In this document: piece by piece, positions 1 through 10,142 of the stretch | Layout of the letters: each line of letters opens with the position of its first letter | Position numbering within the stretch: position 1 is the stretch's first letter | Origin: a bacterium | GTDB lineage: Bacteria; Electryoneota; Electryoneia; Electryoneales; Electryoneaceae | Direction of reading: 5' to 3' | NCBI GenBank assembly: GCA_963669175.1 | Contig: OY769902.1 | Coordinates: forward strand, 2,080,001-2,144,000 | Length of the DNA: 64,000 bases | The notes under the pieces: generated by a model | Databases searched by the model: none | Told to the model about the DNA's origin: nothing | Seen by the model: the letters and a program-made list of their open reading frames with translations, nothing else | Program-made: the position numbers and the translations under genes

Positions 1-306
1 GTCTCACGACAGACCTCTAGCGGCCTACCCGCGGGTCATTCGGGACGAGCAGCCCCTGCCCACCTATTTGGCCTTGCTCCGGATGGGGTTTACCGTGCCA
101 CATTCGTTACCGAATGCGCGGTGAGCTCTTACCTCGCCGTTTCACCCTTGCCTGTGTCCCGACGAATCGGAACCATCGGCGGTCTATTCTCTGTTGCACT
201 TTCCGTCGCCTTTCGGCGCCCGGCCGTTAGCCGGCATCCTGCTCTGAGGAGTTCGGACTTTCCTCCCTTCCGGTACAACCGGAAAGGCGACCGTCCGGCC
301 GCCTCC
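1..306 (-). ncRNA. rnpB: RNase P RNA (class A), 3' end runs off the window
   Basis: Minus strand reads GGAGGCGGCCGGACGGTCGC...GAGGAAAGTCCGAACTC...GGAAAGTGCAACAGA...GGTGAAACGGC...GGTAAACCCC...GAGCAAGGCCAAATAGG, the bacterial RNase P consensus motifs. Confidence 0.95.
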
Positions 307-349
307 TGTAACTGAATCTATGTTACAAAGTTATAATGTCGAGTTTCAC

Positions 350-1078
350 CTACTCTTCTTCACTTTCCGGCAGCAGAATCACGCCACAGGATTCGCACAG
401 AATGATGTCGTTCAGTTTACGAATCTCAGCCTGACGCTGCGGAGGCACTACAGCAAAGCATGAACCACAAGCCTGGTTGAACAGACGGGCGGCGCCGACA
501 CCCTTGGCCGCACGAATACGTTCGTAGTGAGCCAGAATCGGTTTCTTGATCCGAACAGCAAGCTTGTCACGTTCGTGCTGAAGCTCCAGTTCCTGTTGTT
601 CGGTTTCTTCTTCCTTCTCGCCCAGTTCCAGTTTGCGCTCGTCCAGATCTTTGGAAATGGTGCCAGCTTCGCCCTTTATCTCTTCAATCTGGCTAAGAAG
701 CACTTCTTCCTGTTCAAGCAAGGAGAGTTCTGCGGCTTCCTGCGTCTCAATTTCCTTCTCAACAGTATCAATCTGTTGGGTAATGGCGTCGTACTCACGA
801 TTTGTGGTGACCGTATACAGTTGTTCCTTGTACTTCTTCTGCTTCGCCTTGGAAAGCTGGATCTGGCCTTCAAGGGCGCGCTTCTGTTTACGGACTTCCC
901 CAACTCGGTTATTCAGCTCATCGATCATGTGGTTGCGTTTATCGAAGTCGTCGTTCATCTTCTGCACGAGCCGTGGGAGATCGCCTTTCTCTTCCTCCAG
1001 ATCCTGGAGTTTGTTATCCACGTCCTGTAACTGGGCGACCATCTGCAATTCTTTGTGTACATCAACAGCCGGCGGCAT
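350..1078 (-). CDS. Coiled-coil protein with C-terminal C4 zinc ribbon (CT398/DUF164-like)
   Basis: Long coiled coil, then CGSC...CESCG; typical neighbour of rnpB. Confidence 0.85.
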   Translation of the reverse strand: MPPAVDVHKELQMVAQLQDVDNKLQDLEEEKGDLPRLVQKMNDDFDKRNHMIDELNNRVGEVRKQKRALEGQIQLSKAKQKKYKEQLYTVTTNREYDAITQQIDTVEKEIETQEAAELSLLEQEEVLLSQIEEIKGEAGTISKDLDERKLELGEKEEETEQQELELQHERDKLAVRIKKPILAHYERIRAAKGVGAARLFNQACGSCFAVVPPQRQAEIRKLNDIILCESCGVILLPESEEE

Positions 1079-1116
1079 GCCTTTACTCTCCTACCTATCG
1101 TCTGCCCTGGGGCACG

Positions 1117-1153
1117 TAAAAAAACGTGCTCCAAGTTTTCCTTTGAGCACGTT
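1117..1153 (-). terminator. Intrinsic terminator downstream of tRNA
   Basis: Minus strand AACGTGCTC-loop-GAGCACGTT followed by a T tract. Confidence 0.55.
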
Positions 1154-1330
1154 ACAACACGTTGCTTCCGATATGATCAAGCAGTGTAAAGTGGAGCACA
1201 GGACATTTACTGCCCTTTCGTCCCAGTACGTTTTCTCGCATGATCAGCATCGTAGCAAAACCTTTTTTGACGTCTATTGTAATAACGTCTACTGTCGTTG
1301 AATGTGAACACCGTTTTGCATTCACATCGG

Positions 1331-1404
1331 TGGGCCCACCAGGACTCGAACCTGGGACCTGCCGATTATGAGTCGGAAGCTCTAACCAACTGAGCTATGG
1401 GCCC
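1331..1404 (-). tRNA. tRNA-Ile2 (CAU, lysidine-modified); elongator Met is less likely
   Basis: GGGCCCATAGCTCAGTTGGTTAGAGC...CTCATAA...GGTTCGAGTCCTGGTGGGCCCA; resembles ileX-type tRNAs; no encoded CCA. Confidence 0.88.
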
Positions 1405-1596
1405 AACAATTTAACCGCTGGGCTCTGAACCGTAAACGAACGAGCCCGTCATTTCCGAACCAAGCCTTAAAATACACGCTTTGCAAACAACTTGCAATAC
1501 TGTTTTCGCTTGCTTCTCAGACTCATGGGGTATCTAAAAAATTGCGATTTCTGAAGTTAACAAGTTTTTTTCCACAAACAATGAAAAAAATATTTG

Positions 1597-2646
1597 TTAG
1601 TCGATCAATGATTTCACAGTGGTTTGTAATATATCCAGCCCATTTGTCCAGACCCATTTCATTCTCAGGCTGTAGACCGGAATAGAACTCTGGAACATTG
1701 CAGGCCATTTGACTGCATCTTTTTCAGTAATAAGTATCGCTTCCGCACTGGATGAGGTTGCCTGTTTCAGCAGCGAGTGAAGCAGCTTGTCATTCAGGTC
1801 TGCATGATCCTTCCATACTGTGGAATGTACAGGATTTATGCCAAGCTGCTGGAGAGTATGATAAAATCGCTGTGGATAGGCGATGCCGCTGGCCGCTGCA
1901 ATTCGCATGGTGCGCATGGCGGAAATCGTAATACCAGGCTTGTTCTCAGTTCGTCCGACGGGGGCAATATCCACCGGTGAAAGTTGACCACGAAGAACCG
2001 GCACATCGCTGTATTTCCTGATCCATTGGGTCAAAGCCTGAATCCTGGCTTTATCCGTATTATCACGCAAGATAACCAGGTCCGCGCGTTTCAGACCTTT
2101 CGGCGATTCGCGCAACCTCCCGGCAGGCAGCCATCGCCAGTGCCAGGAGGGAATGGAAGGATCAAGCAGGACAATATCCAGGTCGCGGATCGCGCTACGA
2201 TGTTGAAACGCATCATCGAGTACAATCGCTCGCGGCTGGAAGAAACGGTTCGCGAGACGAATGCCTTCGGAACGCTTCTCGGAAACAACGACCGGAGTGC
2301 CGGGAAGACTGGTTGCGATCAAGGTGGGTTCGTCACCGGCCAGCCTGGCATCCAGAAGAATTTCATTACGGTTGGAAACAATTTTAACGCCGCGTGAGGC
2401 ACGACCATACCCACGGCTGACGACAGTGAAAACACCGTCTTTATAGATTTTACCCAATTCAGTGACCAGTGAGATCGTAACCGGCGTTTTACCTGTGCCC
2501 CCGGCAGTCAGGTTGCCCACCGAAATGATCGGGACACTGGAAGTTTCCGCTTTTCGCATTCCGGAATCATATGCCAGGTTGCGAAGCGAAGTAGCTGCTC
2601 CATAGACCAGAGAAAGTGGCGCCAGTATGTCCCAACCGTTTCTCAT
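1597..2646 (-). CDS. lpxK: Tetraacyldisaccharide 4'-kinase
   Basis: SVGNLTAGGTGKTP, SRGYG, GDEP, LDDAFQH, LPAGRLRE, TEKDAVK motifs. Confidence 0.95.
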   Translation of the reverse strand: MRNGWDILAPLSLVYGAATSLRNLAYDSGMRKAETSSVPIISVGNLTAGGTGKTPVTISLVTELGKIYKDGVFTVVSRGYGRASRGVKIVSNRNEILLDARLAGDEPTLIATSLPGTPVVVSEKRSEGIRLANRFFQPRAIVLDDAFQHRSAIRDLDIVLLDPSIPSWHWRWLPAGRLRESPKGLKRADLVILRDNTDKARIQALTQWIRKYSDVPVLRGQLSPVDIAPVGRTENKPGITISAMRTMRIAAASGIAYPQRFYHTLQQLGINPVHSTVWKDHADLNDKLLHSLLKQATSSSAEAILITEKDAVKWPAMFQSSIPVYSLRMKWVWTNGLDILQTTVKSLID

Positions 2647-3299
2647 GATTGAACCCCGGTCAATTCATCGGCTTTTTCTATCAGCTTGAGCAGGCGATGT
2701 TGCAGTTCCAGCCTGAGCGTTTCCATCTCGTCTTTATCCGCACGGTGTGGGACATGCAGGGGCGCACCGTAGACCATTACTCCTTTGCTGAAGGGAAGAG
2801 GTAACTGGAAACGATCCCAAGAGCCGAATTGTTTGTTCGGTTTGGAAGAGGCCAGCAGGGGAAGAATGGGAACATCAGCAAGTCGTGCAATGGCTATGGT
2901 GCCGATTTTGGGATCGTAAATCGGTCCTTTGGGACCATCGACCATGACTGCGCCGTTGTTGCCGCTTTTAATCGCAGACACCATGCCCTTCAGCGCCCTG
3001 CTAGCGCCTTTGTTGCTGCTGCCACGAACAGTGTCGTGTCCCAGGCGGGCAACCAGCCTTGTGACCATTTCGCCATCACGGCTGGAGGATACCAGTGCGG
3101 TGTACCCTTTTTTGCGCAAATGCCAGACAGGGAGGAACATGCGCCCATGGAACAGGGCCAGCAGGTGACCGGTGCCTTCCTTCTCCAGTTTCTCTTTGTG
3201 TTCCAGACCGTGATACTGCATGCGGACTGTCCTGGCGATCAGGCCTACCAGGAAAGGTCCGACTGTTTCACTGATCTTGTACAGTGTTTCATCTTTCAC
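2643..3299 (-). CDS. Lysophospholipid acyltransferase-family protein (DUF374)
   Basis: FHGR, SSSRDGE, VRGSS, DGPKGP, SWDRFQLPLPF; lies between lpxB and lpxK. Confidence 0.85.
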   Translation of the reverse strand: MKDETLYKISETVGPFLVGLIARTVRMQYHGLEHKEKLEKEGTGHLLALFHGRMFLPVWHLRKKGYTALVSSSRDGEMVTRLVARLGHDTVRGSSNKGASRALKGMVSAIKSGNNGAVMVDGPKGPIYDPKIGTIAIARLADVPILPLLASSKPNKQFGSWDRFQLPLPFSKGVMVYGAPLHVPHRADKDEMETLRLELQHRLLKLIEKADELTGVQS

Positions 3300-4441
3300 G
3301 GTTGTTCACTCCCGAACCGTGTGATAACCCAATCCGCCAGTCGTTCGGTTGCGCCGGGCTGGCCCAGACCATCAGCAACCTGTTTCAGGTTATGCTGGAC
3401 TTTCAGCCGTGTTTTGCCATCCCACATACGCAGCAAATCGTCGCAAAGCTGTTCCGGTGTCGCGCGTTCCTGAATGCGTTCCGGGACGATGCGTTTCCCC
3501 GCCAGCACATTGACCATCGCGATATGTCGTGTGCCTCGGATGAGTAACCTTCCCAGGAAATACGTTGTCGGGCTGGTAATATACATAACTGCGAAAGGCG
3601 TTCCGGACAGGGAGGCTTCCACTGTGCTGGTGCCACTTTTGATCAGGGCGACACGTGAGACTGACAACGCATTCGGGGCGCCGTTCTCGACCATATGAAC
3701 CCAGGGACGCCCGGCGATATAGGGATGAAGTGTATCCTGGTCAACCGTGTTGGCGCGAACCAGCAGGGCCAGGGTATCCGGTTTCTGCCGCCGCAAGCGC
3801 TCCATGGTTTCGATCATGGTTGGCAGGTGACGTTCAATCTCCTGGCTACGACTGCCGGGCATAAGCGTAACCGCTTCCTCGCCCGGTTGCATATTATACA
3901 ATGTTTGCAGCTCAGTCGGGGTCGTATCCGGTGCAGTTTCACCGACCATGGGATGACCGAAGAATACGGTTTCCAGGCCACGTCCACTGTACAACTCCTG
4001 TTCAAAGGGAAACAGGACAGCCATTGTGTCCAGGTGTTTGGCCATGAAGGAGATACGCCCCCGTCGCCATGCCCAGACTTGTGGACTGACATAGTACAAA
4101 ATGGAAATGGAGCGTCCGAAGCGTTTGCGTAGTTGTTTCAGCAGGTTCAAGTTAAAATCAGGGAAATCAACCAGGATAACGAGATTGGGTTTTCGATTTT
4201 CAATTTCAGCGATCAGACGGTTTCTGAGTTTGAGCAGGCGTGGGATATGACGGGCTACTTCAGCCAGTCCCATCAGGGCAGCTTCACTTATATCGGCGAC
4301 CTGCTCGCATCCGGCCGAACGCATCTGTTCACCAATCATCCCGGAATGGCGCCAGTCCGATTTACGTTGTTTAATCGCTTCGATCAACCGTGCTGCGTGA
4401 CGGTCGCCGCTACTTTCTCCTACTACCCAGAATAGTTCCAT
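3296..4441 (-). CDS. lpxB: Lipid-A-disaccharide synthase
   Basis: GESSGD, VDFPDFN, YVSPQVWAWR, PGSRSQEI, SGTSTVE. Confidence 0.95.
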   Translation of the reverse strand: MELFWVVGESSGDRHAARLIEAIKQRKSDWRHSGMIGEQMRSAGCEQVADISEAALMGLAEVARHIPRLLKLRNRLIAEIENRKPNLVILVDFPDFNLNLLKQLRKRFGRSISILYYVSPQVWAWRRGRISFMAKHLDTMAVLFPFEQELYSGRGLETVFFGHPMVGETAPDTTPTELQTLYNMQPGEEAVTLMPGSRSQEIERHLPTMIETMERLRRQKPDTLALLVRANTVDQDTLHPYIAGRPWVHMVENGAPNALSVSRVALIKSGTSTVEASLSGTPFAVMYITSPTTYFLGRLLIRGTRHIAMVNVLAGKRIVPERIQERATPEQLCDDLLRMWDGKTRLKVQHNLKQVADGLGQPGATERLADWVITRFGSEQP

Positions 4442-4674
4442 GTTGCCAGGCCTTGTTGTGAATCATATACGTTACACCGATTCGAGTAGCGGTGCAACAT
4501 GGTTACCCGAGTCCCGCTCACTCGGGAATCAACAGTGCTCTCGTAAAAATAGATAAAATGTCCTTCCAGGTTTCATGTATATGTGATTTTTACTCATCTT
4601 GTTGCTGGAAATATCGGGTGCTATTCACATATTTATGTTGACTGATTGCCAGGCCAATTCTTCCGGGGGGAAGC

Positions 4675-5523
4675 ATGTCTGAGAAGTTCGTTATTCGCAG
4701 TATGTCCGAAACAGAAGCGGATATGGTTCGTGGGTGGGCGAACAGTGAAGGATGGAATCCGGGGTTATACGATACCGGCACCTTTTATTGGACTGATCCG
4801 CAAGGTTTCCTGATCGGGTTTCTGGGCGACAAACCTGTTGGCGCCATTTCGGCGGTGGCTTATGGTGACAGCTACGGCTTCATGGGATTCTATATCGTGT
4901 TACCAGAGTTTCGTGGTATGGGCTATGGCATGAAGCTGTGGAATGCTGCGATCAACTATTTGGACGAACGTGTCATCGGGCTGGATGGAGTTGTCGCACA
5001 GCAGGCTAACTACCGGAAATCAGGATTTGTCTTCGCGCATCGGAACCTGCGTTATGAAGGTGTTGCTGCAACAGGGAAGACGGGGATAGAGGGCATTGTA
5101 CCTTTATCAACAGTCAGCTTTCGCACCCTGGTGAACTATGATTATCGATTCTTTCCGGCAAAGCGTCCGATGTTCCTGAAGCATTGGATCGAACAGCCGG
5201 AATCGAAAGCCCTCGGCGTTGTTCGAAATGACGAGATGAAAGGGTTTGGCGTAATCCGCAAATGTGTCATCGGATGGAAGATCGGGCCGTTGTATGCCGA
5301 AACGCCACTCGATGCGCATAACCTCTTCCATGCCCTTGCCGCCCATCCGCATCCCGGAGAACAAATTGTGCTGGATGTGCCGGAAACCAATCCTGCCGCC
5401 AAAGAGTTGGCGGAGATACATGGGATGACCGTCAGTTTTGAAACCGCCCGCATGTATATAGGCGCGGAACCCAGGATTCCACACACGGAATGGTATGGGG
5501 TGACCAGTTTTGAATTGGGGTAG
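4675..5523 (+). CDS. GNAT family N-acetyltransferase (tandem GNAT, YitH-like)
   Basis: EGWNPG, FRGMGYG acetyl-CoA motif, KIGPL, TSFELG C-terminus. Confidence 0.85.
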   Translation: MSEKFVIRSMSETEADMVRGWANSEGWNPGLYDTGTFYWTDPQGFLIGFLGDKPVGAISAVAYGDSYGFMGFYIVLPEFRGMGYGMKLWNAAINYLDERVIGLDGVVAQQANYRKSGFVFAHRNLRYEGVAATGKTGIEGIVPLSTVSFRTLVNYDYRFFPAKRPMFLKHWIEQPESKALGVVRNDEMKGFGVIRKCVIGWKIGPLYAETPLDAHNLFHALAAHPHPGEQIVLDVPETNPAAKELAEIHGMTVSFETARMYIGAEPRIPHTEWYGVTSFELG

Positions 5524-5674
5524 CAGGCCACCCAAGCTCGCCAAAGCCCGACTTGCTCTTCATCCGCATCATGGACGACGACTCACAAATGTGGTCAGCA
5601 TTTTGAGTGTGTCAGCTACATTTCCGGCAAATCGGGCCATGCACGCTACCAGAAACGTACAGCCTCCCTACTAA

Positions 5675-6144
5675 CCCGAATATTTCACCAATGCAATTTC
5701 AAATTTGGTATTTGATGGAATGGCCAGTACAAGAACCACGGCAGTGGTTCTCTGTATTAGCCCACCGTCCAGCGCCGTCTGTTTGGCGCTCACGGTGGGA
5801 ATAGGATGTACGCTACTTGCCAACCCCGGCAGCGGGTTGCCTGAATATTTCCACTGTATACTTTTGATATTTATCAGGTTACTCCTTCCGGAGTAAATAT
5901 ATGGTGCGCATTATCTCCCCGGGTAGCCGCCAAACTGACGGCGGCTGCCCGGGGCTAATACAGGTTGCCCCTGCCGGGGCGGTTGCCGATTCTCAGCCTA
6001 TTTTGCCAGCGAAACAGGGAATAGACACGCAAAGGGATACCGGAGCAAACTGTCCCCTGAAAAATGCTGTATGAATCAGTTGTATTGTGTTGATATGAAC
6101 TGTGTTAAGATGAATATCCATGTCCCGTTCATGAAATATTCGGG
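5675..6144. mobile_element. Non-autonomous MITE-like element (~470 bp)
   Basis: Perfect 13-bp terminal inverted repeats CCCGAATATTTCA (5675-5687) and TGAAATATTCGGG (6132-6144), flanked on both sides by CTAA; no transposase; internal GC palindromes. Confidence 0.65.
5820..5985. repeat. REP-like GC-rich palindrome cluster
   Basis: CAACCCCGGCAGCGGGTTG; CCCCGGGTAGCCGCC...GGCGGCTGCCCGGGG; GCCCCTGCCGGGGC. Confidence 0.55.
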
Positions 6145-6311
6145 CTAAACAGATTACTATTCAGCGCTACACAAATCACCACTTCTTCGAAAAGCGATTT
6201 CTTACCCATGCCAAACACTGCGAATCAAAAAACGGTACAACCTTTTTCGCAGAGTGTTATCTCAGCGAAAACCGGCTGTACCGTAGATATAAAAAGCAGT
6301 TAAACAGAGTG

Positions 6312-6761
6312 TTAATGCACAATCAATTCCGGATCACCGACCACTTTCCCGCCAGGGATGCCGTAGCCTGTCCACGTATCTGTATCAACATGATAGAACA
6401 TCTCAATGCCCGGCCCAACCAATGTATTCCGATTGGTTGACAAGGCCTGGATGACCTTGCCAGGTTCAAGCGTGAAATACCATTCTTCCCACAAATCATC
6501 GCGAAGGTGGATAAAATCGTACTGTTCGAGCTGATGGATTTTTTCCGGCCAGAAGCCCTGAGAATACTCGAATTCTTTGCAGGCTTTTACGATTTCCATC
6601 ATTTGTACCCGAGCTTCATGCCCACGCCGCAGTTCAACAACACCTTTATACCGTTTTGCGACAAACACACTTGCGACTGCCAAAACAAGAACGATCACAC
6701 CCATTGTGATCAAGCCATTACGCAGCCGTCGCCGGTCTCTCGCCTCTTTCCACTTTCCCAT
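6312..6761 (-). CDS. Pilin/pseudopilin-like membrane-anchored hypothetical protein
   Basis: Basic N-terminus, one hydrophobic helix, amphipathic helix and G.WP motif like GspG/PilE; lacks the G-F-x-x-x-E prepilin motif. Confidence 0.5.
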   Translation of the reverse strand: MGKWKEARDRRRLRNGLITMGVIVLVLAVASVFVAKRYKGVVELRRGHEARVQMMEIVKACKEFEYSQGFWPEKIHQLEQYDFIHLRDDLWEEWYFTLEPGKVIQALSTNRNTLVGPGIEMFYHVDTDTWTGYGIPGGKVVGDPELIVH

Positions 6762-6781
6762 GATGAACCCGTCCTCGCTGC

Positions 6782-7786
6782 TTAACCTACCTGTGGCAGC
6801 ATCACGCTGCTCTTCAATTCCAGGTGTGTTATGTTGCCATCGGTTTTCACCAGCGCAACATCTCCACGGGGTACTGCTTTAACACGTCCAATGACTGCTG
6901 CCTTTTCACCGCCCTTAATCCTGCGCCATTTGGCAATAATACCCGGCGCTGCTTCAGGAGTGACAATGGCGGCCAGGATTCCGGCTGAAGGCACATATAC
7001 CGGATCGATCATTAAATCGGCACACAAATCAGCTACCGGTTGGCGTAATGGGATCAGTTTCTGCTGCAAATCCACCCCGACACCGGCATCACGGACCATA
7101 CGGATCACGGCGCCCGCCAGTCCGCCACGGCTGACATCGGTCATACGTCGAACGCCACCGCTTTCAAACGCAATCCGTGCAAGCTGGTGCAAAGAGCGCG
7201 CGTCACTGGCGAGGCCACTTCCGGATAGTCCGTTACGGTTGGCAATGACCGCTGCGCCATGTTCGGCAATGGGCGCGTTCAGAATAATGACATCACCCTC
7301 ACGCACCAGCAGGCCATGCAGGTTATGCTCTTCCGCCAGGACACCGAAAGCCGTTACAGTAATAGCGATACGGTCGATTTCACCTTTTTCCACAACACGG
7401 GTATCCCCGGCAACAACTTCTACAGTCGCTTCGGCAGCGGCTTTGGCTGCCGATGCAACCACACGTTCCAGGAGATCGCCGGACAAGCCTTCTTCCAGGA
7501 TGAAAGCGATTGAGATCAAACGTGGTTGAGCGCCCACGACAGCCAGATTGTTTACCGCGCGCATCACGGCGAGACGCCCGATGTCACCGCCTGGAAAAAC
7601 AACCGGACGGACAACACAGGACTGTGTTGTGACAGCCAGACGACCTTCTTTGGGCATGGGCAGGACTGAAGCGTCCATCATCCGGTGCAGAGGAACAGAA
7701 CGAAAGCGGGACAGGAAAACATCTTCAATCAATTTCTTCGCCGGGCCGCCGCCTTCACCATGTGCCTGCTTGATCTCAATATTCAT
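6782..7786 (-). CDS. HypE-like AIR-synthase-family protein with degenerate active site
   Basis: AHGEGG, FPGGDIG.LAV, FILEEG, GDTRVV, RGG motifs; C-terminus LPQVG instead of LPRIC; start taken at MNIEIK. Confidence 0.8.
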   Translation of the reverse strand: MNIEIKQAHGEGGGPAKKLIEDVFLSRFRSVPLHRMMDASVLPMPKEGRLAVTTQSCVVRPVVFPGGDIGRLAVMRAVNNLAVVGAQPRLISIAFILEEGLSGDLLERVVASAAKAAAEATVEVVAGDTRVVEKGEIDRIAITVTAFGVLAEEHNLHGLLVREGDVIILNAPIAEHGAAVIANRNGLSGSGLASDARSLHQLARIAFESGGVRRMTDVSRGGLAGAVIRMVRDAGVGVDLQQKLIPLRQPVADLCADLMIDPVYVPSAGILAAIVTPEAAPGIIAKWRRIKGGEKAAVIGRVKAVPRGDVALVKTDGNITHLELKSSVMLPQVG

Positions 7787-8063
7787 GGCGGGAAGGTACT
7801 CTCTTTTTTCCGGGTCTGCCAGTCTTGATGAGATTTTATAGGTGTACACACTGGTGGGGAGCGTTTCTGCCGAGTATGAAAGAAGATGCCATTGAGTATG
7901 GAATTCTGGTATAACTTGTGATTTTTTCAGCGCAATAGCTATCCGTTGAGATCCGGGATTCCTGCCTGTAATTTGTATCTATCTATTGCCGTAACCAGTT
8001 GGTTTGAATACCTTATTATAAAGCACGGGTTCAGAGATTTTACTGCAAGACGGGAGATAGAAC

Positions 8064-10142
8064 ATGAGAATTGCAAAGACGTTTGTAGCGATAGCCGTGG
8101 TTATGGCGTTCATTCTGCCTGCCACGCTGACTGCCTATACCACGCCGGGCACAAGTGTGTACTGGACAGGCGATGACCTGGTGGAAAATTCGAACGGTGC
8201 AGTCACCTGGGATGAAGAGTCCGGACGATACCTGTTCACTGAAGAAGTAACGATTGCAGAGACCGATACAATCGTGATTGAGGAAGACTTGCAGTGTACC
8301 CACACGTCCAATCCTGCGATCACGATCGAGGGTTATTTTGTGATGGGGATACTGGATTCAGCCCAGGTCGATTCACTCGAGTTTATCGGCCCCGATGAGG
8401 AACTGGCAAGCGGCTTCCGTATTGAGGAAACCGGCTACCTGGAGCTGAACCGGGTGATCGCGGATGGCGGTGGTTATGATGGGGAAATCCCGGGCCATTC
8501 CATGGTGCATGTTGTGGATGGTTCCGCCACTGTGACCGGATGCCGATTCACCAACTGGGACCGTTATGTCATGTCCCTGTCGGGTGGGTTTACCAGTGTT
8601 GAGAACTGCATGTTCCACGATAATCACCAATGGACAATCAACATCAACATGAGTGCAGAAGTTGAAATCTCCGGATGTACCCTGATAGACAACAACCTGG
8701 AAGCCAGCAGCGCGAAAAACCCGATTTCCATTGGAACACAAGGATATAACACAGTTAGCATCGAAAATTGTTATATCAGTGGTGAAGAGGGCAACCTGCA
8801 TGGCGGCGTGTCGGTCTGGAACTACCTCGGTTCCGGTGCGGATGTGGAAATCTCCAATGTGACCGTTGAAGGCGCGTCCTTCGGAGTGATTGCGCAGGGA
8901 TCAGGGGTGGAAGTACTGATCACGGATTGCCAGTTTATTGACAACAACATTCATCCCAACCCGATGCAGGGCGGTTCCGGGATAACGGTACAGCAGTTTG
9001 CGACTGTGACAGGCGCGCGCAACATCATCACCGGTAACCACTGGGGTATTACCGTTCTCACCAATGCTACAGTCATGCTTGGCGATGTTGACGCGGAAGA
9101 CCCGGACGAACAGGGCTACAACCAGATTTACGACAACGGCAACGGTGGAGAAGTGTACAACTTCTACAACAACACGTCCGGGGACATGCTGGCTCAGAAC
9201 AACTGGTGGGGGAGCATGGATTCGACCACAGTTGAAAATGGAATCTTCCATGACCCTGATAACGGCAGCCTGGGACTGGTAACCTATATGCCGCTGTGGG
9301 ATCCGGACGCGAATCTGCCGCCTGTTATTACTGAATCGGAACCGTGGTTCCATACCTTCAACTTCCACCCGGTTACGGATCAGGTTTTCACCATTACCGG
9401 AAATGATCCGGATGGCATTGACAGCACGCTGTTTTACCACTGGTTGGTCAATGGTGAATTGATGGGGACAACTTCAAGCTATACCCATACCTTTACCGAG
9501 CTGGGCGAGTTTGAGATCATTGGCGCTTTGATTGATGCGGAAGGTGACAGCGCTTACGTAACCTGGAACGCGACCGGAATCAACGCTGTTCCGGAATTCA
9601 CGCAATGGGCGCCCGAAGGTGAAGAATACACGACTTCGCAAGGAGTTCAGACACTTTTCCGGGTTCGTGCTTCAGATGAAGACGACGATTCGCTTAGCTT
9701 CAGTTTCTATCTGGATGATGAACTGGTCAGCGAAGATACGACGTATTCCTATGTAGGCGCAGATGATATCGGGGAACAGAGCCTGCGATGTATCGTGACC
9801 GATCCGTTTGGCGCTGCGGATACACTCAACTGGGTTATTTACATTGCCATCGGCGTTGATGCTTCCGAATCCGGTCTGCCCGAAACCTTCAACGTGGCAG
9901 CCTATCCCAATCCGTTCAACTCGTCACTTCATGTGCAAATGGCACTGCCTAACGCGGGATATGTGCATGCGGTGGTGTATGATATCACCGGCAGGCAGGT
10001 TGCGACGCTGGCCGATGGCGTGTTTGCAGCAGGATATCGTGAACTGAGCTGGAATGCGAATGGGCTGGCGTCGGGTGTGTATATCGTGCGGATGGAAGCA
10101 CAAGGCGAAACATGCATGATGAAGGTTATGCTTATTAAGTAA
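8064..10142 (+). CDS. Secreted right-handed beta-helix protein with Ig-like domains and T9SS-type CTD
   Basis: Signal peptide; parallel beta-helix repeats; AQNNWWG; YPNPFN...SGVYIVRM...KVMLIK. Confidence 0.8.
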   Translation: MRIAKTFVAIAVVMAFILPATLTAYTTPGTSVYWTGDDLVENSNGAVTWDEESGRYLFTEEVTIAETDTIVIEEDLQCTHTSNPAITIEGYFVMGILDSAQVDSLEFIGPDEELASGFRIEETGYLELNRVIADGGGYDGEIPGHSMVHVVDGSATVTGCRFTNWDRYVMSLSGGFTSVENCMFHDNHQWTININMSAEVEISGCTLIDNNLEASSAKNPISIGTQGYNTVSIENCYISGEEGNLHGGVSVWNYLGSGADVEISNVTVEGASFGVIAQGSGVEVLITDCQFIDNNIHPNPMQGGSGITVQQFATVTGARNIITGNHWGITVLTNATVMLGDVDAEDPDEQGYNQIYDNGNGGEVYNFYNNTSGDMLAQNNWWGSMDSTTVENGIFHDPDNGSLGLVTYMPLWDPDANLPPVITESEPWFHTFNFHPVTDQVFTITGNDPDGIDSTLFYHWLVNGELMGTTSSYTHTFTELGEFEIIGALIDAEGDSAYVTWNATGINAVPEFTQWAPEGEEYTTSQGVQTLFRVRASDEDDDSLSFSFYLDDELVSEDTTYSYVGADDIGEQSLRCIVTDPFGAADTLNWVIYIAIGVDASESGLPETFNVAAYPNPFNSSLHVQMALPNAGYVHAVVYDITGRQVATLADGVFAAGYRELSWNANGLASGVYIVRMEAQGETCMMKVMLIK

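Noticed and set aside
121-315. 64-aa ORF
   Set aside because: Antisense to rnpB
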